DNA of 64,000 nt from Actinomycetes bacterium (GTDB lineage Bacteria; Actinomycetota; Actinomycetes; JAWWOW01). A program made the translations under genes and the position numbers. Positions 18,399-28,310 of this stretch are shown piece by piece; within the stretch, counting starts at the first letter, position 1, and each line of letters opens with the position of its first letter. Below the pieces are notes generated by a model. That model was not told where the DNA came from and did no database searches. It saw only the letters and a list, made by a program, of their open reading frames with translations. The DNA lies in NCBI GenBank assembly GCA_045807285.1, contig JBJMHR010000029.1:81020-145019 (forward strand), in the 5' to 3' direction.

Positions 18399-19142
18399 AT
18401 GACCCGTGTTGGCGCACTCGACCTCGGTACGGCATACGCCGAAATCCAGGACCGCATGCTCGCGGCCGCACAGCCGGACAGACTCGGCACGCCGATCCCG
18501 GCCTGCCCGGCGTGGACCGCCCGCGACGTCGTCGGCCATGTCGCCGGGCTCGCCAAAGATGCCGTCGACGGCTCCCTGCCCTCGTTCAACCTGCTCGACC
18601 AATGGCGGGATGAGTCCATCGCGCGGCAGCGTGACGAAATGACAGACGCACATGTCGTCCGTAGCCGCGCGATGCCTTTCGACGACGTCGTCGACGAATG
18701 GCGACGCACGACGAAAACCCTCCTGCCGATGTTGCGCGGCAACGAGCCCTTCCCGGGCACACCGCCGTTCGGCATGGACGCGATCCTCGTCACGGACCTG
18801 TGGGTGCATGACAGCGACATCGGCAGCGCGCTCGGCCGCCCACGACCGGCCGACGACGCGGCGACCTCGATCGCGCTCGCGGCCTACTCTTTCGGAATCG
18901 CTCCTCGACTGGACGCGCTCGGTCTTGCGCCGTTGGGTCTGCGGTACGGCGAGAAGGTGCGCGTCATCGGCGCCGGCGAGCCGGCCGCAACTGTGACCGC
19001 CGACCGGTACGAACTCGTGCGGATGCTGGCCGGTCGCCGCAGCCGGCGCCAGATCGCGGCGATGGACTGGGAGGGTGACCCGACGCCGTACCTCGCGATC
19101 ATCCCGGCGTACGGCGAACGCGCGGACGACCTGGCCGGCTGA
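18399..19142 (+). CDS. Maleylpyruvate-isomerase-N/DinB-like (mycothiol-dependent enzyme family) protein
   Basis: Start set at ATG 18399 (MTRVGALDLGTAY). Signature ACPAWTARDVVGHVAG is typical of the actinobacterial TIGR03083-type family (recalled). Confidence 0.6.
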   Translation: MTRVGALDLGTAYAEIQDRMLAAAQPDRLGTPIPACPAWTARDVVGHVAGLAKDAVDGSLPSFNLLDQWRDESIARQRDEMTDAHVVRSRAMPFDDVVDEWRRTTKTLLPMLRGNEPFPGTPPFGMDAILVTDLWVHDSDIGSALGRPRPADDAATSIALAAYSFGIAPRLDALGLAPLGLRYGEKVRVIGAGEPAATVTADRYELVRMLAGRRSRRQIAAMDWEGDPTPYLAIIPAYGERADDLAG

Positions 19143-19147
19143 CGCGG

Positions 19148-19636
19148 TTGGACGTCGAGGAACGCGCCCGCCGGCGTCGCCGCGAGGCATCCGAGCGTTA
19201 CCGCCCGGCGCGGATCGGCACGCTGCTCGTGGCCGAAGCCCCGCCCACGGCACTCGACCGGTTCTTCTACTTCGAGGACGTGCAGACGCAGGACTCGCTG
19301 TTCCGCCACGTCGCCGAAGCAGTCCTGAGCGAGAAGCCGTCCCGCGACAAGGCGCCCTACCTCGACGAACTGAAAGAACGCGGCTGGTTCCTCATCCATG
19401 TCGCGGAGGACCCGATCGGGTCACGTCGTGAGCAGATCCCGCCGTTGGTGCCGGATCTGATCCAACGCTGCCGTGAGCTGGCACCGGACCGCATCGTCAT
19501 CATCGGCGCGCCGATCTACGACCTCGTGTTCACAGCGATGAGGGATGCACTGCTGCCGGTCGTCGACGCCCGCATTGCCTATCCCGGCTCCGGGCAGCAG
19601 AACAGGTTCAAGGACCTGTTCTCGGAGATCGTCTAA
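19148..19636 (+). CDS. Hypothetical protein (possible uracil-DNA-glycosylase-superfamily fold)
   Basis: 162 aa, TTG start, high GC3. Motif order LLVAEAPP ... [11 protein letters not shown] ... [11 protein letters not shown] ... IAYPGSGQQ is reminiscent of UDG-superfamily motif A / core strands / motif B. Weak, by eye only. Confidence 0.45.
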   Translation: MDVEERARRRRREASERYRPARIGTLLVAEAPPTALDRFFYFEDVQTQDSLFRHVAEAVLSEKPSRDKAPYLDELKERGWFLIHVAEDPIGSRREQIPPLVPDLIQRCRELAPDRIVIIGAPIYDLVFTAMRDALLPVVDARIAYPGSGQQNRFKDLFSEIV

Positions 19637-20676
19637 CTGACGGCGTTGGCGAGGGCATCGCCAATCTCGCGCGTCGAGCGTTGCGCCGACCCGCGGGCGG
19701 CGAGATCATCGGCCACTGCGCGTTCGACCTTCTGCGCCGCCTCGGTGAGGCCGAGATGGTCGAGCAACATCGCGACCGACAGCACGGTCGCGGTCGGGTC
19801 AGCCTTGCCCTGGCCGGCGATGTCCGGAGCGCTGCCGTGCACCGGCTCGAACATCGACGGATTCGTCCGCGACACATCGAGGTTGCCACTCGCTGCGAGT
19901 CCGATACCACCCGCGATCGCAGCGCCGAGGTCGGTGAGGATGTCGCCGAACAAGTTGTCTGTGACGATCACGTCGTACCGCTTCGGATCGGTCACCAGAA
20001 ACATCGCCGCGGCGTCGACGTGGGTGTAGTCGATGGTCACGTCGGCGAAGTCGCGCTTGACAATGTCGACCATGCGCAGCCACAGCGAGCCGGCGTGCAC
20101 GAGCACGTTGGTCTTATGTACCAGCGTGAGATGCCCGCGCCGCGCCGCTGCGCGCGCGAACGCGTCACGGACGACCCGCTCGACGCCGTATGCAGTGTTG
20201 AGGCTCTCCTCGGTAGCGATCTCGTGCGGCGTACCGCCGCGAAGCACACCACCGGCTCCGGCGTACGGACCTTCGGTGCCTTCGCGTACGACGACGATGT
20301 CGATGTCATCCGGGGTCACGCCGGCCAACGGTGTGCGGACACCGGGGTAGAGCCGCACCGGGCGAAGGTTGACGTGGTGGTCGAGTGCGAACCGGAGCTT
20401 CAACAGCAGTCCGCGTTCGAGCACTCCGCTGGGAACGGTCGGATCGCCGACGGCGCCGAGCAGGACCGCGTCGTGCCCGCGGATCTCCGCCAGCACAGTG
20501 CCGGGCAACGTCTCTTGCGTGGCATGCCACCGCCGCGCCCCGAGGTCGTACTCCGTCGGCACCACCTTCGCGTCGTACGACGAGGCGACAGCGTCGAGCA
20601 CGCGCAGACCCTCGGCGACGACCTCGGGACCGATGCCGTCCCCGGGGATCACCGCGAGCTTGATGTCCTGTGTCAC
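19633..20676 (-). CDS. leuB: 3-isopropylmalate dehydrogenase
   Basis: 347 aa with [11 protein letters not shown] and the [25 protein letters not shown] signature. Confidence 0.95.
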   Translation of the reverse strand: MTQDIKLAVIPGDGIGPEVVAEGLRVLDAVASSYDAKVVPTEYDLGARRWHATQETLPGTVLAEIRGHDAVLLGAVGDPTVPSGVLERGLLLKLRFALDHHVNLRPVRLYPGVRTPLAGVTPDDIDIVVVREGTEGPYAGAGGVLRGGTPHEIATEESLNTAYGVERVVRDAFARAAARRGHLTLVHKTNVLVHAGSLWLRMVDIVKRDFADVTIDYTHVDAAAMFLVTDPKRYDVIVTDNLFGDILTDLGAAIAGGIGLAASGNLDVSRTNPSMFEPVHGSAPDIAGQGKADPTATVLSVAMLLDHLGLTEAAQKVERAVADDLAARGSAQRSTREIGDALANAVS

Positions 20677-20773
20677 AGGTGCAGGCTACGGAACAGTGGA
20701 GAACCGGACAGGAGGGGTTGCGGAGGAGCAGTGGGTTCCATGGGCGCACCGGCGCCTTTGCGACGATTCCTGC

Positions 20774-21241
20774 GTGAGCCGTTACGTCACCGCGGTCGAC
20801 GACCCGCTTCGCGACGACGTGCGTGCATTGCTGCGGGCCCACCTAGAGTTCGCGCACAGCCAGAGTCCGCCGGAGGACGTTTACGCACTGGACGCGGACG
20901 GACTGACCGCCGATACCGTCACGTTCTTCAGCGTTCGGGAGGACGGCCACCTGCGTACGGTCGGCGCATTGCGGCAACTTGACGCGACACATGCAGAGAT
21001 CAAGTCAATGCACACGGTGGCCGGTGCGCGTGGTCGCGGGCTCGGTACGACGATGCTGGAACACCTCTTGCACGTCGCACGGGAGCGCGGCTGCACGCAG
21101 GTAAGCCTGGAAACGGGAACGATGGACGCCTTCGAGCCGGCCCGGCGAATCTACGAATCCGCGGGCTTCACGCCATGCGAGCCTTTCGCGGACTACCGGC
21201 CGAGCCCTTACAGCGTGTGCATGACGCTCGAACTGAGCTAG
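20774..21241 (+). CDS. GNAT-family N-acetyltransferase
   Basis: GTG start at 20774 (VSRYVTAVDD). Acetyl-CoA motif A VAGARGRGLGTTMLEHLL and C-terminal RRIYESAGF. The upstream part of the track ORF is antisense to leuB. Confidence 0.75.
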   Translation: MSRYVTAVDDPLRDDVRALLRAHLEFAHSQSPPEDVYALDADGLTADTVTFFSVREDGHLRTVGALRQLDATHAEIKSMHTVAGARGRGLGTTMLEHLLHVARERGCTQVSLETGTMDAFEPARRIYESAGFTPCEPFADYRPSPYSVCMTLELS

Positions 21242-22422
21242 GGCACGAGCCAGACCCGCCACATAGCCGCGGGGTCGGATAACGGGTCGCCGTGCACGAG
21301 GACGAAGTCAGCTGGTCCGGCCTCGTGGACGACCCCGGCCTCCGGCTCCCCGAGCAAGGAGCCACCGTTGCGCGTGACAGCGGCGATCGCCTGCCAGGGT
21401 TCGAGCCCAGCGCTCACGAGCGTCTCGACCTCCCACGCCAGCTGGTTCGCGCGCAACGACCCGCCACCGAAGTCGGTGCCCGCCGCGATCAGTACTCCGG
21501 CGCGAGCAGCAAGCCGGATGCTCTCGTGCGCCCACTCACGACGCGCCGCGATCTTCGCGCGGCCTTCGGGTGCGGCGAACCGCGGCAGACTCGTCGTACT
21601 GCCAAACGTTCGCCACGACTCGAGCACCGCGAGGGTTGACACCAGCGCGACGTTGTTGGCGGCCATCGTGGTGGCCACGTCGTCGTCGAGCTCGAAGCCG
21701 TGTTCGAGAGAGTCGACGGCAGCCTGCGCACCGACGCGGGCCCCCGGCAGCACACCGGAGTGTGCGGTCACTTTGGCGCCGCGGGCGTGTGCGGCCGTGA
21801 CCACCGCACTCACTTCGGCAACGGTGAACGGCGAGGTGTCCCGGTCAGGGCCGTCGAGGTAGAGCTTCACGAAGTCCGCACCGTCGTCGAGCTGTTGCAT
21901 CGCCGCAGCGAGCAGGCCGTCGCCGTCGTTGACCTCGACGCCGAGACCGGCCGGCAGGCCGCCGGTGCGCGCAACCCAGGACCCAGCGGCCCGGACGTAG
22001 GGGTAGTCACGGTTGCCGGCCCACCGGTCGCGGATGCCGAGGTTGAGTCCGCGGGTGCGTCCGTCCTTCGGATCGGTCTTGACCGGAGCACCGACGTCGC
22101 GCGCCCAGCGCACGCCTGCGCTGCGCAGCAGCCGAGCGTTGTGTTCGGCGACCGTAAGCAGCTCGGCGGCGTCGTCGTACCCCCGGTCGATCCAGTGCGC
22201 GCCCCCGGGCAACGCCAGATGGCTGTGGCTGTCCACCATTCCGGGCACCAGCGTGGCTCCGGACGCGTCGACGACGCGTACGCCACTACCGAGGTCCGGC
22301 TCCGCATCCGCGGGCTTGATCCACTCGATGACGTCGTCCGCGACCAGGACGCTCATGCTCAGCTGCAGAGCGGGGCCGGTCCCGTCAGCGATCGCCAGGT
22401 CGCGGTACACCGTGCGCGGCAC
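21238..22422 (-). CDS. Amidohydrolase-superfamily metallo-hydrolase
   Basis: 394 aa with the HxH metal motif (GMVDSHSHL) and TIM-barrel amidohydrolase blocks (VTAHS, GTDFGG). Substrate unknown. Confidence 0.8.
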   Translation of the reverse strand: MPRTVYRDLAIADGTGPALQLSMSVLVADDVIEWIKPADAEPDLGSGVRVVDASGATLVPGMVDSHSHLALPGGAHWIDRGYDDAAELLTVAEHNARLLRSAGVRWARDVGAPVKTDPKDGRTRGLNLGIRDRWAGNRDYPYVRAAGSWVARTGGLPAGLGVEVNDGDGLLAAAMQQLDDGADFVKLYLDGPDRDTSPFTVAEVSAVVTAAHARGAKVTAHSGVLPGARVGAQAAVDSLEHGFELDDDVATTMAANNVALVSTLAVLESWRTFGSTTSLPRFAAPEGRAKIAARREWAHESIRLAARAGVLIAAGTDFGGGSLRANQLAWEVETLVSAGLEPWQAIAAVTRNGGSLLGEPEAGVVHEAGPADFVLVHGDPLSDPAAMWRVWLVP

Positions 22423-22550
22423 CGGACAACTCTGTCATGCAGCGCGAACAGTGACGCGCAAAAGGGGCAGAGCGGAACAATTCACGAGCATGTCTGACGA
22501 GCCTCGCCAAACACCGGAGCGGACGCCGGTGGCTGATCTACCGTCCCGGT

Positions 22551-25500
22551 ATGGAATGCCCTGGCTGCGGCGCCGAGGTCTCGTCTGCGGCGAAGTTCTG
22601 TGCCGAGTGCGGCCGTCCACAGCAGGCCGTGTGCTCGTCCTGCGCGACACCGGTGGCGGCCGGCGCCAAGTTCTGCAGCGAATGCGGCACGCCGGTTGGC
22701 TCCGCGCCCCCGGCAGCGGTGACGCTGGACGTGACAGCGGCTCCGGTCGCCGAACGGCGCGTCTGTTCCGTCCTGTTCTGCGACCTCGTCGGCTTCACGC
22801 CGCTGTCGGAGTCGCGTGATCCGGAGGAGGTCCGCGAACTCCTGTCGCGGTACTTCGAGACCGCTCGCACGGTGATCGGCCGGTACGGCGGTGTCGTCGA
22901 GAAGTTCATCGGCGACGCGGTCATGGCGGTGTGGGGGGCGCCGGTCGCGGCCGAAGGCGATGCCGAGCGCGCCGTACGCGCCGGACTCGAGGTCATCGAC
23001 GCAGTTTTCGAACTCGGACGGCAAGCGCGTGTCGACGGGCTCGCGGCGCGTGCGGGCGTCGTGACCGGCGAGATGGCCGTGACCATCGGCGCCACCGGCG
23101 AGGGGATGGTCGCCGGGGACGCGGTCAACACGGCATCGCGCGTGCAGGCCGCCGCGGAAGCGGGCGCCGTTCTTGTCGACGAAGGCACCTGGCGAGTTGC
23201 CCGCGGTGCCGTCGCGTTCACGGACGCCGGCGAGCACATCCTCAAAGGCAAGGTCGAGGCCGCGCCGCTCTGGCGCGCCGAACGCGTCCTGTCCGGCGTA
23301 GGCGGCGCACAGCGCGTCGACGGGCTCGAGGCCCCCCTCGTCGGCCGCGATGCAGAGCTGCGGCTGATCAAGGAGCTCTTCCACGCCTGCGTCGACCGCC
23401 GGTCGCCGCGTCTGGTCTCCGTGACCGGACCTGCCGGCGTCGGAAAATCGCGACTCGGTTGGGAGTTCTTCAAGTACATCGACGGGCTGGCCAACACGGT
23501 TTGGTGGCACCGTGGCCGCTGCCTGTCGTACGGCGAGGGTGTCGCGTTCTGGGCCCTCGCCGAGATGGTCCGTCAACGTCTGGGGATCGCCGAAGACGAG
23601 ACCTCTTCGGTTATCGCAGAGAAGCTGGCAACTGGCCTTGCCGAGCAGATCCCCGACGCCACGACGCGCGCGTTCGTCGGGCCCACGCTCGAACGGTTGC
23701 TCGGAGTCGAAACCGAAGGCGCCGGTCTCGCACGTGACGAGTTGTTCGCCGGCTGGCGAGTTTTCTTCGAGATCCTCGCCGGGACCTCTCCGGTTGTGTT
23801 GTTGCTCGAAGACCTGCACTACGCCGACGAAGGTCTGTTGGACTTCGTCGAGCACCTGCTCGACTGGTCGCGGGACGTACCGATCCTGGTCGTGACGCTC
23901 GCTCGATCAGAGCTCGGTGATCGCCGCGCGTCCTGGGGCATCGGACGAAACAGCACGGTGCTCGGTCTCGAGCCGCTCGATGACGCGTCGATGCGGGACA
24001 TGCTCGAAGGCCTCGTGCCCGGTATGCCCGACGCCGCCGCGACAGCGATCGCACGCCAGGCGCAGGGCATACCGCTGTACGCCGTGGAGACGGTGCGCAT
24101 GCTCGTCGACCGCGACGTCGTACAACCGATCGACGGGATTTACCGGCTTGTTGGCGACGTCGGGGAGCTCGCTGTCCCGGACACCCTTCAGTCGCTGCTC
24201 GCTGCACGGCTGGACGCTCTGGAACCCGCTGCCCGCCGCCTCATCGCGGACGCCGCCGTACTCGGCGGCAGCTTCCCGGCCGAGGCACTCGTCGCCGTCA
24301 GCGAGCTGACGATGGACGAGGTCCAAGCGCTGCTCGCCGAGCTTGTCCGCCGCGAAGTGCTCGCCGTACGCGCCGATCCGCTGTCACCCGATCGCGGTCA
24401 ATACGGGTTCGTGCAGAACATGTTCCGACAGGTTGCCTACGACACGCTGTCGCGGCGGGAACGGAAGGCGCGGCACCTGCAAGTTGCCGACCATCTCGCG
24501 CGGGCGTTCGCCGACGATGGCGAGGAGGTCAGCGAGGTCATCGCTCAGCACCTGCTCGACGCGCTCGGCGCCGTACCGGACGACCCTGACATTCCCGGGC
24601 TGCGGGAGCGGGCTGTCGACGGGCTGGTCCGCGCCGCTGACCGGGCTGAGCGGACCGCCGCCTTCGCAACTGCCTCGTCTGCGTTCCTGCGAGCCGCGGC
24701 CTTGTGCGAGGACATGCAGACGCTGCCTGGTGACCTTCGCGCCGCCGAGCTTTATCAACGGGCTGGTGTCGCAGCCGGTATCGAAGGCGACCAGCAGGCA
24801 TCGGGTGACTACAGCGAACGCGCCGTTGCCCTCTACGACCGGCATGAGCAGCGACGGCTGGCGGCCCAAGCCCGTACGACGGTCGGCTCTGCGTTGCGAC
24901 GTCAGGGCCGTCTCGAGGAAGCACGCACCATCGTCCGCAGGGCGCTGGACGACCTCATGGCCGAAGGGCGAGACGGAGAGGACATCGTCCTCGCGCTTGC
25001 CGAGACCGCTCAAGTCGAGCTGCAGTCCGGGACCGATGAGGCATTGACCATCGCGCACGACGCGTTGCGGCGCGCTGAGGCCCTCGGTCTCGAAGGGGCG
25101 ACGTTGGTGCGCTTGCTTGTCGTCGTGGGGATGGCGGCACGAATGCGCAACGCGCGCAGCGAAGCAACGGCCTTTCTGCGCGAAGCCCTCAGGCTCTCGG
25201 ACGCCGTCGGTAACACTCCAGGCAAGTCTGCGGCTGGCCTCAACCTCGCCGACGTTCTCGTCGAGACGGACGCCGCGGCAGCCGTCGAGGTCGCTCAGCA
25301 GTCGGTGGTGGACGCCCGTCGAACCGGGAACCGCTTCTTGCTTCCCACCACCATCGCAAACCTCGTCTTGGCGCTGCTTCTCACCGGTGACTGGGACCGG
25401 GCCGAAGAGGAGTGCAACCGGGAAGTCGAACCAGGCCGGGTCCCACCCATGGTGGCCTACGTGCTCGCATTCATTCATGCACTGCGCGGCCGTCTCGACG

Positions 25501-26108
25501 GTCTCGACGAGCTCGTGGCCGTGGTGGTCGAGTCAGCGCCCGCCGAAGACGCTCAAGAACAGGCCGGCGCCGCTTGCACACAGGCACTGGCTTCATTCGC
25601 TCGAGGCGATCACGCGGAGACGATCGCGCACACGATGAGAGCCCTGGAAGTGGCCGCTGGGCTCGGCCCCTCACACGAGACGGTCCGCTGGTCCTGGCCG
25701 GTCGGCGTTGAGGCAGCGCTCGCACTCGGCGACCTTGCACGCGCCGAACAACTTCTCACCTGGGTAGATGCTCACCCGATCGGGCACCTGGCCAAAGTGC
25801 AACTCGTCGACCGGCATCGTCTGGGAGCGAAGCTGTTGGCGACTACCGGGGATTCCAACGCAGCCGAGCAGACCAAGTCCGCCGTTGCAGCGGCCCGTGC
25901 CTTCGGGTCGCCGTACCACTTGGCGCTCGCTCTGCTCGACCAGGCGGAGTTACTGCTGCGGGACCGCGAGCTCGATGCCGCGAGCGCGGCCGCGGCCGAG
26001 GCGCGGACGATCGGTCAACGCCTCCGCTGTCAGCCGGTGCTCGATCGGGCCGCCGCCATCGTCCGCGACGAGGTCGCAGTCGCCACCGAAGCGGCCAACC
26101 TCGTCTAG
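22551..26108 (+). CDS. Multidomain signalling protein: double zinc ribbon, class III adenylate/guanylate cyclase, STAND/AAA ATPase and TPR-like helical repeats
   Basis: 1185 aa. N-terminus CPGCG...FCAECG...CSSC...FCSECG. Cyclase blocks VLFCDLVGFT and KFIGDAVMAVWG. Walker A VTGPAGVGKSRLG. Long alpha-helical repeat C-terminus. No LuxR/HTH at the C-terminus. Confidence 0.85.
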   Translation: MECPGCGAEVSSAAKFCAECGRPQQAVCSSCATPVAAGAKFCSECGTPVGSAPPAAVTLDVTAAPVAERRVCSVLFCDLVGFTPLSESRDPEEVRELLSRYFETARTVIGRYGGVVEKFIGDAVMAVWGAPVAAEGDAERAVRAGLEVIDAVFELGRQARVDGLAARAGVVTGEMAVTIGATGEGMVAGDAVNTASRVQAAAEAGAVLVDEGTWRVARGAVAFTDAGEHILKGKVEAAPLWRAERVLSGVGGAQRVDGLEAPLVGRDAELRLIKELFHACVDRRSPRLVSVTGPAGVGKSRLGWEFFKYIDGLANTVWWHRGRCLSYGEGVAFWALAEMVRQRLGIAEDETSSVIAEKLATGLAEQIPDATTRAFVGPTLERLLGVETEGAGLARDELFAGWRVFFEILAGTSPVVLLLEDLHYADEGLLDFVEHLLDWSRDVPILVVTLARSELGDRRASWGIGRNSTVLGLEPLDDASMRDMLEGLVPGMPDAAATAIARQAQGIPLYAVETVRMLVDRDVVQPIDGIYRLVGDVGELAVPDTLQSLLAARLDALEPAARRLIADAAVLGGSFPAEALVAVSELTMDEVQALLAELVRREVLAVRADPLSPDRGQYGFVQNMFRQVAYDTLSRRERKARHLQVADHLARAFADDGEEVSEVIAQHLLDALGAVPDDPDIPGLRERAVDGLVRAADRAERTAAFATASSAFLRAAALCEDMQTLPGDLRAAELYQRAGVAAGIEGDQQASGDYSERAVALYDRHEQRRLAAQARTTVGSALRRQGRLEEARTIVRRALDDLMAEGRDGEDIVLALAETAQVELQSGTDEALTIAHDALRRAEALGLEGATLVRLLVVVGMAARMRNARSEATAFLREALRLSDAVGNTPGKSAAGLNLADVLVETDAAAAVEVAQQSVVDARRTGNRFLLPTTIANLVLALLLTGDWDRAEEECNREVEPGRVPPMVAYVLAFIHALRGRLDGLDELVAVVVESAPAEDAQEQAGAACTQALASFARGDHAETIAHTMRALEVAAGLGPSHETVRWSWPVGVEAALALGDLARAEQLLTWVDAHPIGHLAKVQLVDRHRLGAKLLATTGDSNAAEQTKSAVAAARAFGSPYHLALALLDQAELLLRDRELDAASAAAAEARTIGQRLRCQPVLDRAAAIVRDEVAVATEAANLV

Positions 26109-26622
26109 TCCGTGCGGACCGCGAGCGACTTGCGGTAACGGACTTCCGGCACTGTGACATCGAGCACTTCCGCCGTACGCTCCGCGCCGTCCACTGACCA
26201 GCCGGCGCGGTCGTAGAAGCGGCGTGCACGCGCGTGCCCGGGATCACCCAGAGAACGGCGACATCGTGCACGCACGCAAGTCGCTCCTCCGCTGCCTCGA
26301 GCAGCGCACGCCCCGCGCCGGTCCCCCAGTGGTCGGGGTCGACGTTGATCGAGTACAGCTCGCCGGCGCCTTCCGGGTCATCGGTCGGTCCACACGCGGC
26401 GTGGCCGACCACGACACCGTCGGGCTCGGCGACAAACGGCGGGTTGTCCGGTCGCCTTGCCATGCCGTCGCGCCACATCCGCGCGCGGTCAACCGGATCA
26501 AGCCCGTCGAGATACTCATCCGGCATCGCACCGCGGTACGCCGCCTGCCACGCGCGCACGTGGAGCGCTCCCATGGCCTCGGCGTCGTCCGGTTTCGCCG
26601 CCCGGACGACGAGGTCGCCCAC
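26105..26622 (-). pseudogene. GNAT-family acetyltransferase with an apparent 1-nt frameshift (or assembly error)
   Basis: Frame 1 reads MGDLVVRAAKPDDAEAMGALHVRAW...VAVLWVIPG, then degenerates into an Arg/Ser-rich run overlapping the cyclase gene. The +1 frame from about 26236 reads HARARRFYDRAGWSVDGAERTAEVLDVTVPEVRYRKSLAVRTD-stop, the canonical GNAT C-terminus. 518 nt equals 173 codons minus 1 nt. Confidence 0.65.
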
Positions 26623-26633
26623 GACGCCGGCGT

Positions 26634-28205
26634 TTACGGCTTGTCGGTGCGGTGTGGAACAGCCGTCCCGGATACGACCTTGTTGATCGCGTGCAAGAAG
26701 GCACGGGCACTCGCTTCGACGACATCGGTCGAGACCCCGCGTGCGGTCACGCGTTGACCGCCGACTTCCACCGTCACGCTCACATCACCCACTGCATCCG
26801 AACCCGGCGTCACCGCAGCGACTTGGAATGCGAGCAACGATGCATCGACCTCCGTGGCTTTCGCAACCGCATTACACGCAGCGTCGATCATGCCGTCACC
26901 GGTCGCGTCTGCTTCGACCTCGTCGTCGCCTTGCCGCAACCGCACGGTCGCACGGGGCGCAGTATCCGTGCCGCCTGCGACCGCAAGCCAGTCGAAGACC
27001 CAGACCTTGTCGACCGCAGCCGCCTCTGGTGACTCCTCGGTCGCCAGCGCGACAAGGTCACTTTCGGTCAGGTTGACCTTGCGGTCGGCCAGATCCTTGA
27101 ACCGCCTGAAGGCTCGGCCGAGCGCCTCGTCGTCGAGATGCAGGCCAAGCTGAGCCAGTGCGTCGACGAAGGCGTGCCGTCCCGAATGCTTGCCCAGCAC
27201 GATGCGGTTGCCGGACAGCCCGATGTCCTCCGGGTTCATGATCTCGTACGTCGTACGTTCCATCAGTACGCCGTGCTGGTGGATGCCGCTCTCGTGGCTG
27301 AACGCGTTGGCGCCAATGACAGCCTTGTTGGGCTGCACCGAGTAACCAGACAACATCGACACGAGCCGTGACGTCCGGGCGATCTCACGCGTCTCGACAC
27401 CGGTCGTCAAGCCCAGCGTCGGATGATGAGTCCGCAACGCCATCACGATCTCTTCGAGTGCGGTGTTGCCGGCCCGCTCACCGATGCCGTTGACGCACAC
27501 CTCGACTTGGCGCGCGCCCGCACGGATCGCGGACAGTGAGTTCGCCGTGGCAAGCCCCAGGTCGTTATGGCAGTGCACGGACCACACGACACCGTCGGCG
27601 CCGGGAACTCGTGCCCGCAATGCGTCCAGGATGTCGACGAACTCCGCTGGCATCGCAAATCCGACGGTGTCCGGGACGTTGATCGTCGTCGCGCCGTTCT
27701 CCACTGCAGCTGTGAACACGTCGACGAGGAAGTCGAGCTCGGTCCGCGTGGCGTCCTCGGCGGAGAACTCGACCTCGGCGCACAGCGACCGTGCCTGCGC
27801 GACAGCTCGTGCCGTCTCGCTGAGCACCTGCTCCTTCGACATGCGCAGTTTCTTGTCGCGGTGGATCGGCGACGTCGATATGAACGTATGGATGCGCGGC
27901 GTCGACGACGGCTTGATCGCTTCCCAGGCCCGCTCGATGTCCTCCGCCCGAGTGCGGCAGAGAGCCGCGATAGACGAGCTCTTGACGGTTTCCGCAATCG
28001 CCTGCACGCCTTCGAAGTCACCCTGGCTGGCGGCCGGGAAGCCGGCTTCGATCACGTCGACACCGAGCCGGGCGAGCTGCTCGGCGATCTCGACCTTCTC
28101 GTGCACCGAAAGCGCGATGCCCGGCGCTTGCTCGCCGTCGCGCAGCGTGGTGTCGAAGACGACGACGTGGTTGTCGTTCGCTGTTTGGCTGGAAGGAGTG
28201 CTCAC
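26634..28205 (-). CDS. leuA: 2-isopropylmalate synthase
   Basis: 523 aa, GTG start. Motifs [11 protein letters not shown] and [13 protein letters not shown], plus a C-terminal LeuA allosteric domain. Confidence 0.9.
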   Translation of the reverse strand: MSTPSSQTANDNHVVVFDTTLRDGEQAPGIALSVHEKVEIAEQLARLGVDVIEAGFPAASQGDFEGVQAIAETVKSSSIAALCRTRAEDIERAWEAIKPSSTPRIHTFISTSPIHRDKKLRMSKEQVLSETARAVAQARSLCAEVEFSAEDATRTELDFLVDVFTAAVENGATTINVPDTVGFAMPAEFVDILDALRARVPGADGVVWSVHCHNDLGLATANSLSAIRAGARQVEVCVNGIGERAGNTALEEIVMALRTHHPTLGLTTGVETREIARTSRLVSMLSGYSVQPNKAVIGANAFSHESGIHQHGVLMERTTYEIMNPEDIGLSGNRIVLGKHSGRHAFVDALAQLGLHLDDEALGRAFRRFKDLADRKVNLTESDLVALATEESPEAAAVDKVWVFDWLAVAGGTDTAPRATVRLRQGDDEVEADATGDGMIDAACNAVAKATEVDASLLAFQVAAVTPGSDAVGDVSVTVEVGGQRVTARGVSTDVVEASARAFLHAINKVVSGTAVPHRTDKP

Positions 28206-28310
28206 TGCTCCTGCTCCCTGTCGGCTTGTGGGTAGCCAGCGCGACCCGCGACGGGGAGCCGGCCTGGACTAGGCCCCGCCGCGGCGGATAAGGAGGAGGG
28301 TGCGCCGCAC
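28206..28310 (-). promoter_or_regulatory. leuA leader: Leu-codon leader peptide (28269..28310) plus alternative helices that can sequester the leuA Shine-Dalgarno
   Basis: GUG CGG CGC ACC CUC CUC CUU AUC CGC CGC GGC GGG GCC UAG encodes (M)RRTLLLIRRGGA. CCGCGGCGGGG (28274-28284) can pair with CCCCGUCGCGG (28246-28256). Alternatively GCUCCCCGUCG (28249-28259) can pair with CGACAGGGAGC (28213-28223), which contains the SD. There is no U-run. Confidence 0.6.

Noticed and set aside
19681-20982. 433-aa plus-strand ORF across leuB
   Set aside because: It is antisense to leuB. Only its extreme 3' region is coding, and that is in a different frame (the GNAT at 20774..21241).
22482-23855. 457-aa minus-strand ORF, and the 319-aa ORF at 22538..23497
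   Set aside because: Both are antisense or alternate-frame to the cyclase/STAND gene, whose domains are clearly encoded on the plus strand.
25843-26104. C-terminal 87 codons of the 259-aa minus-strand ORF overlapping the end of the cyclase gene
   Set aside because: This is out-of-frame read-through after the GNAT frameshift. It is an Arg/Ser/Pro-rich sequence, and the canonical GNAT C-terminus is found in the +1 frame instead.
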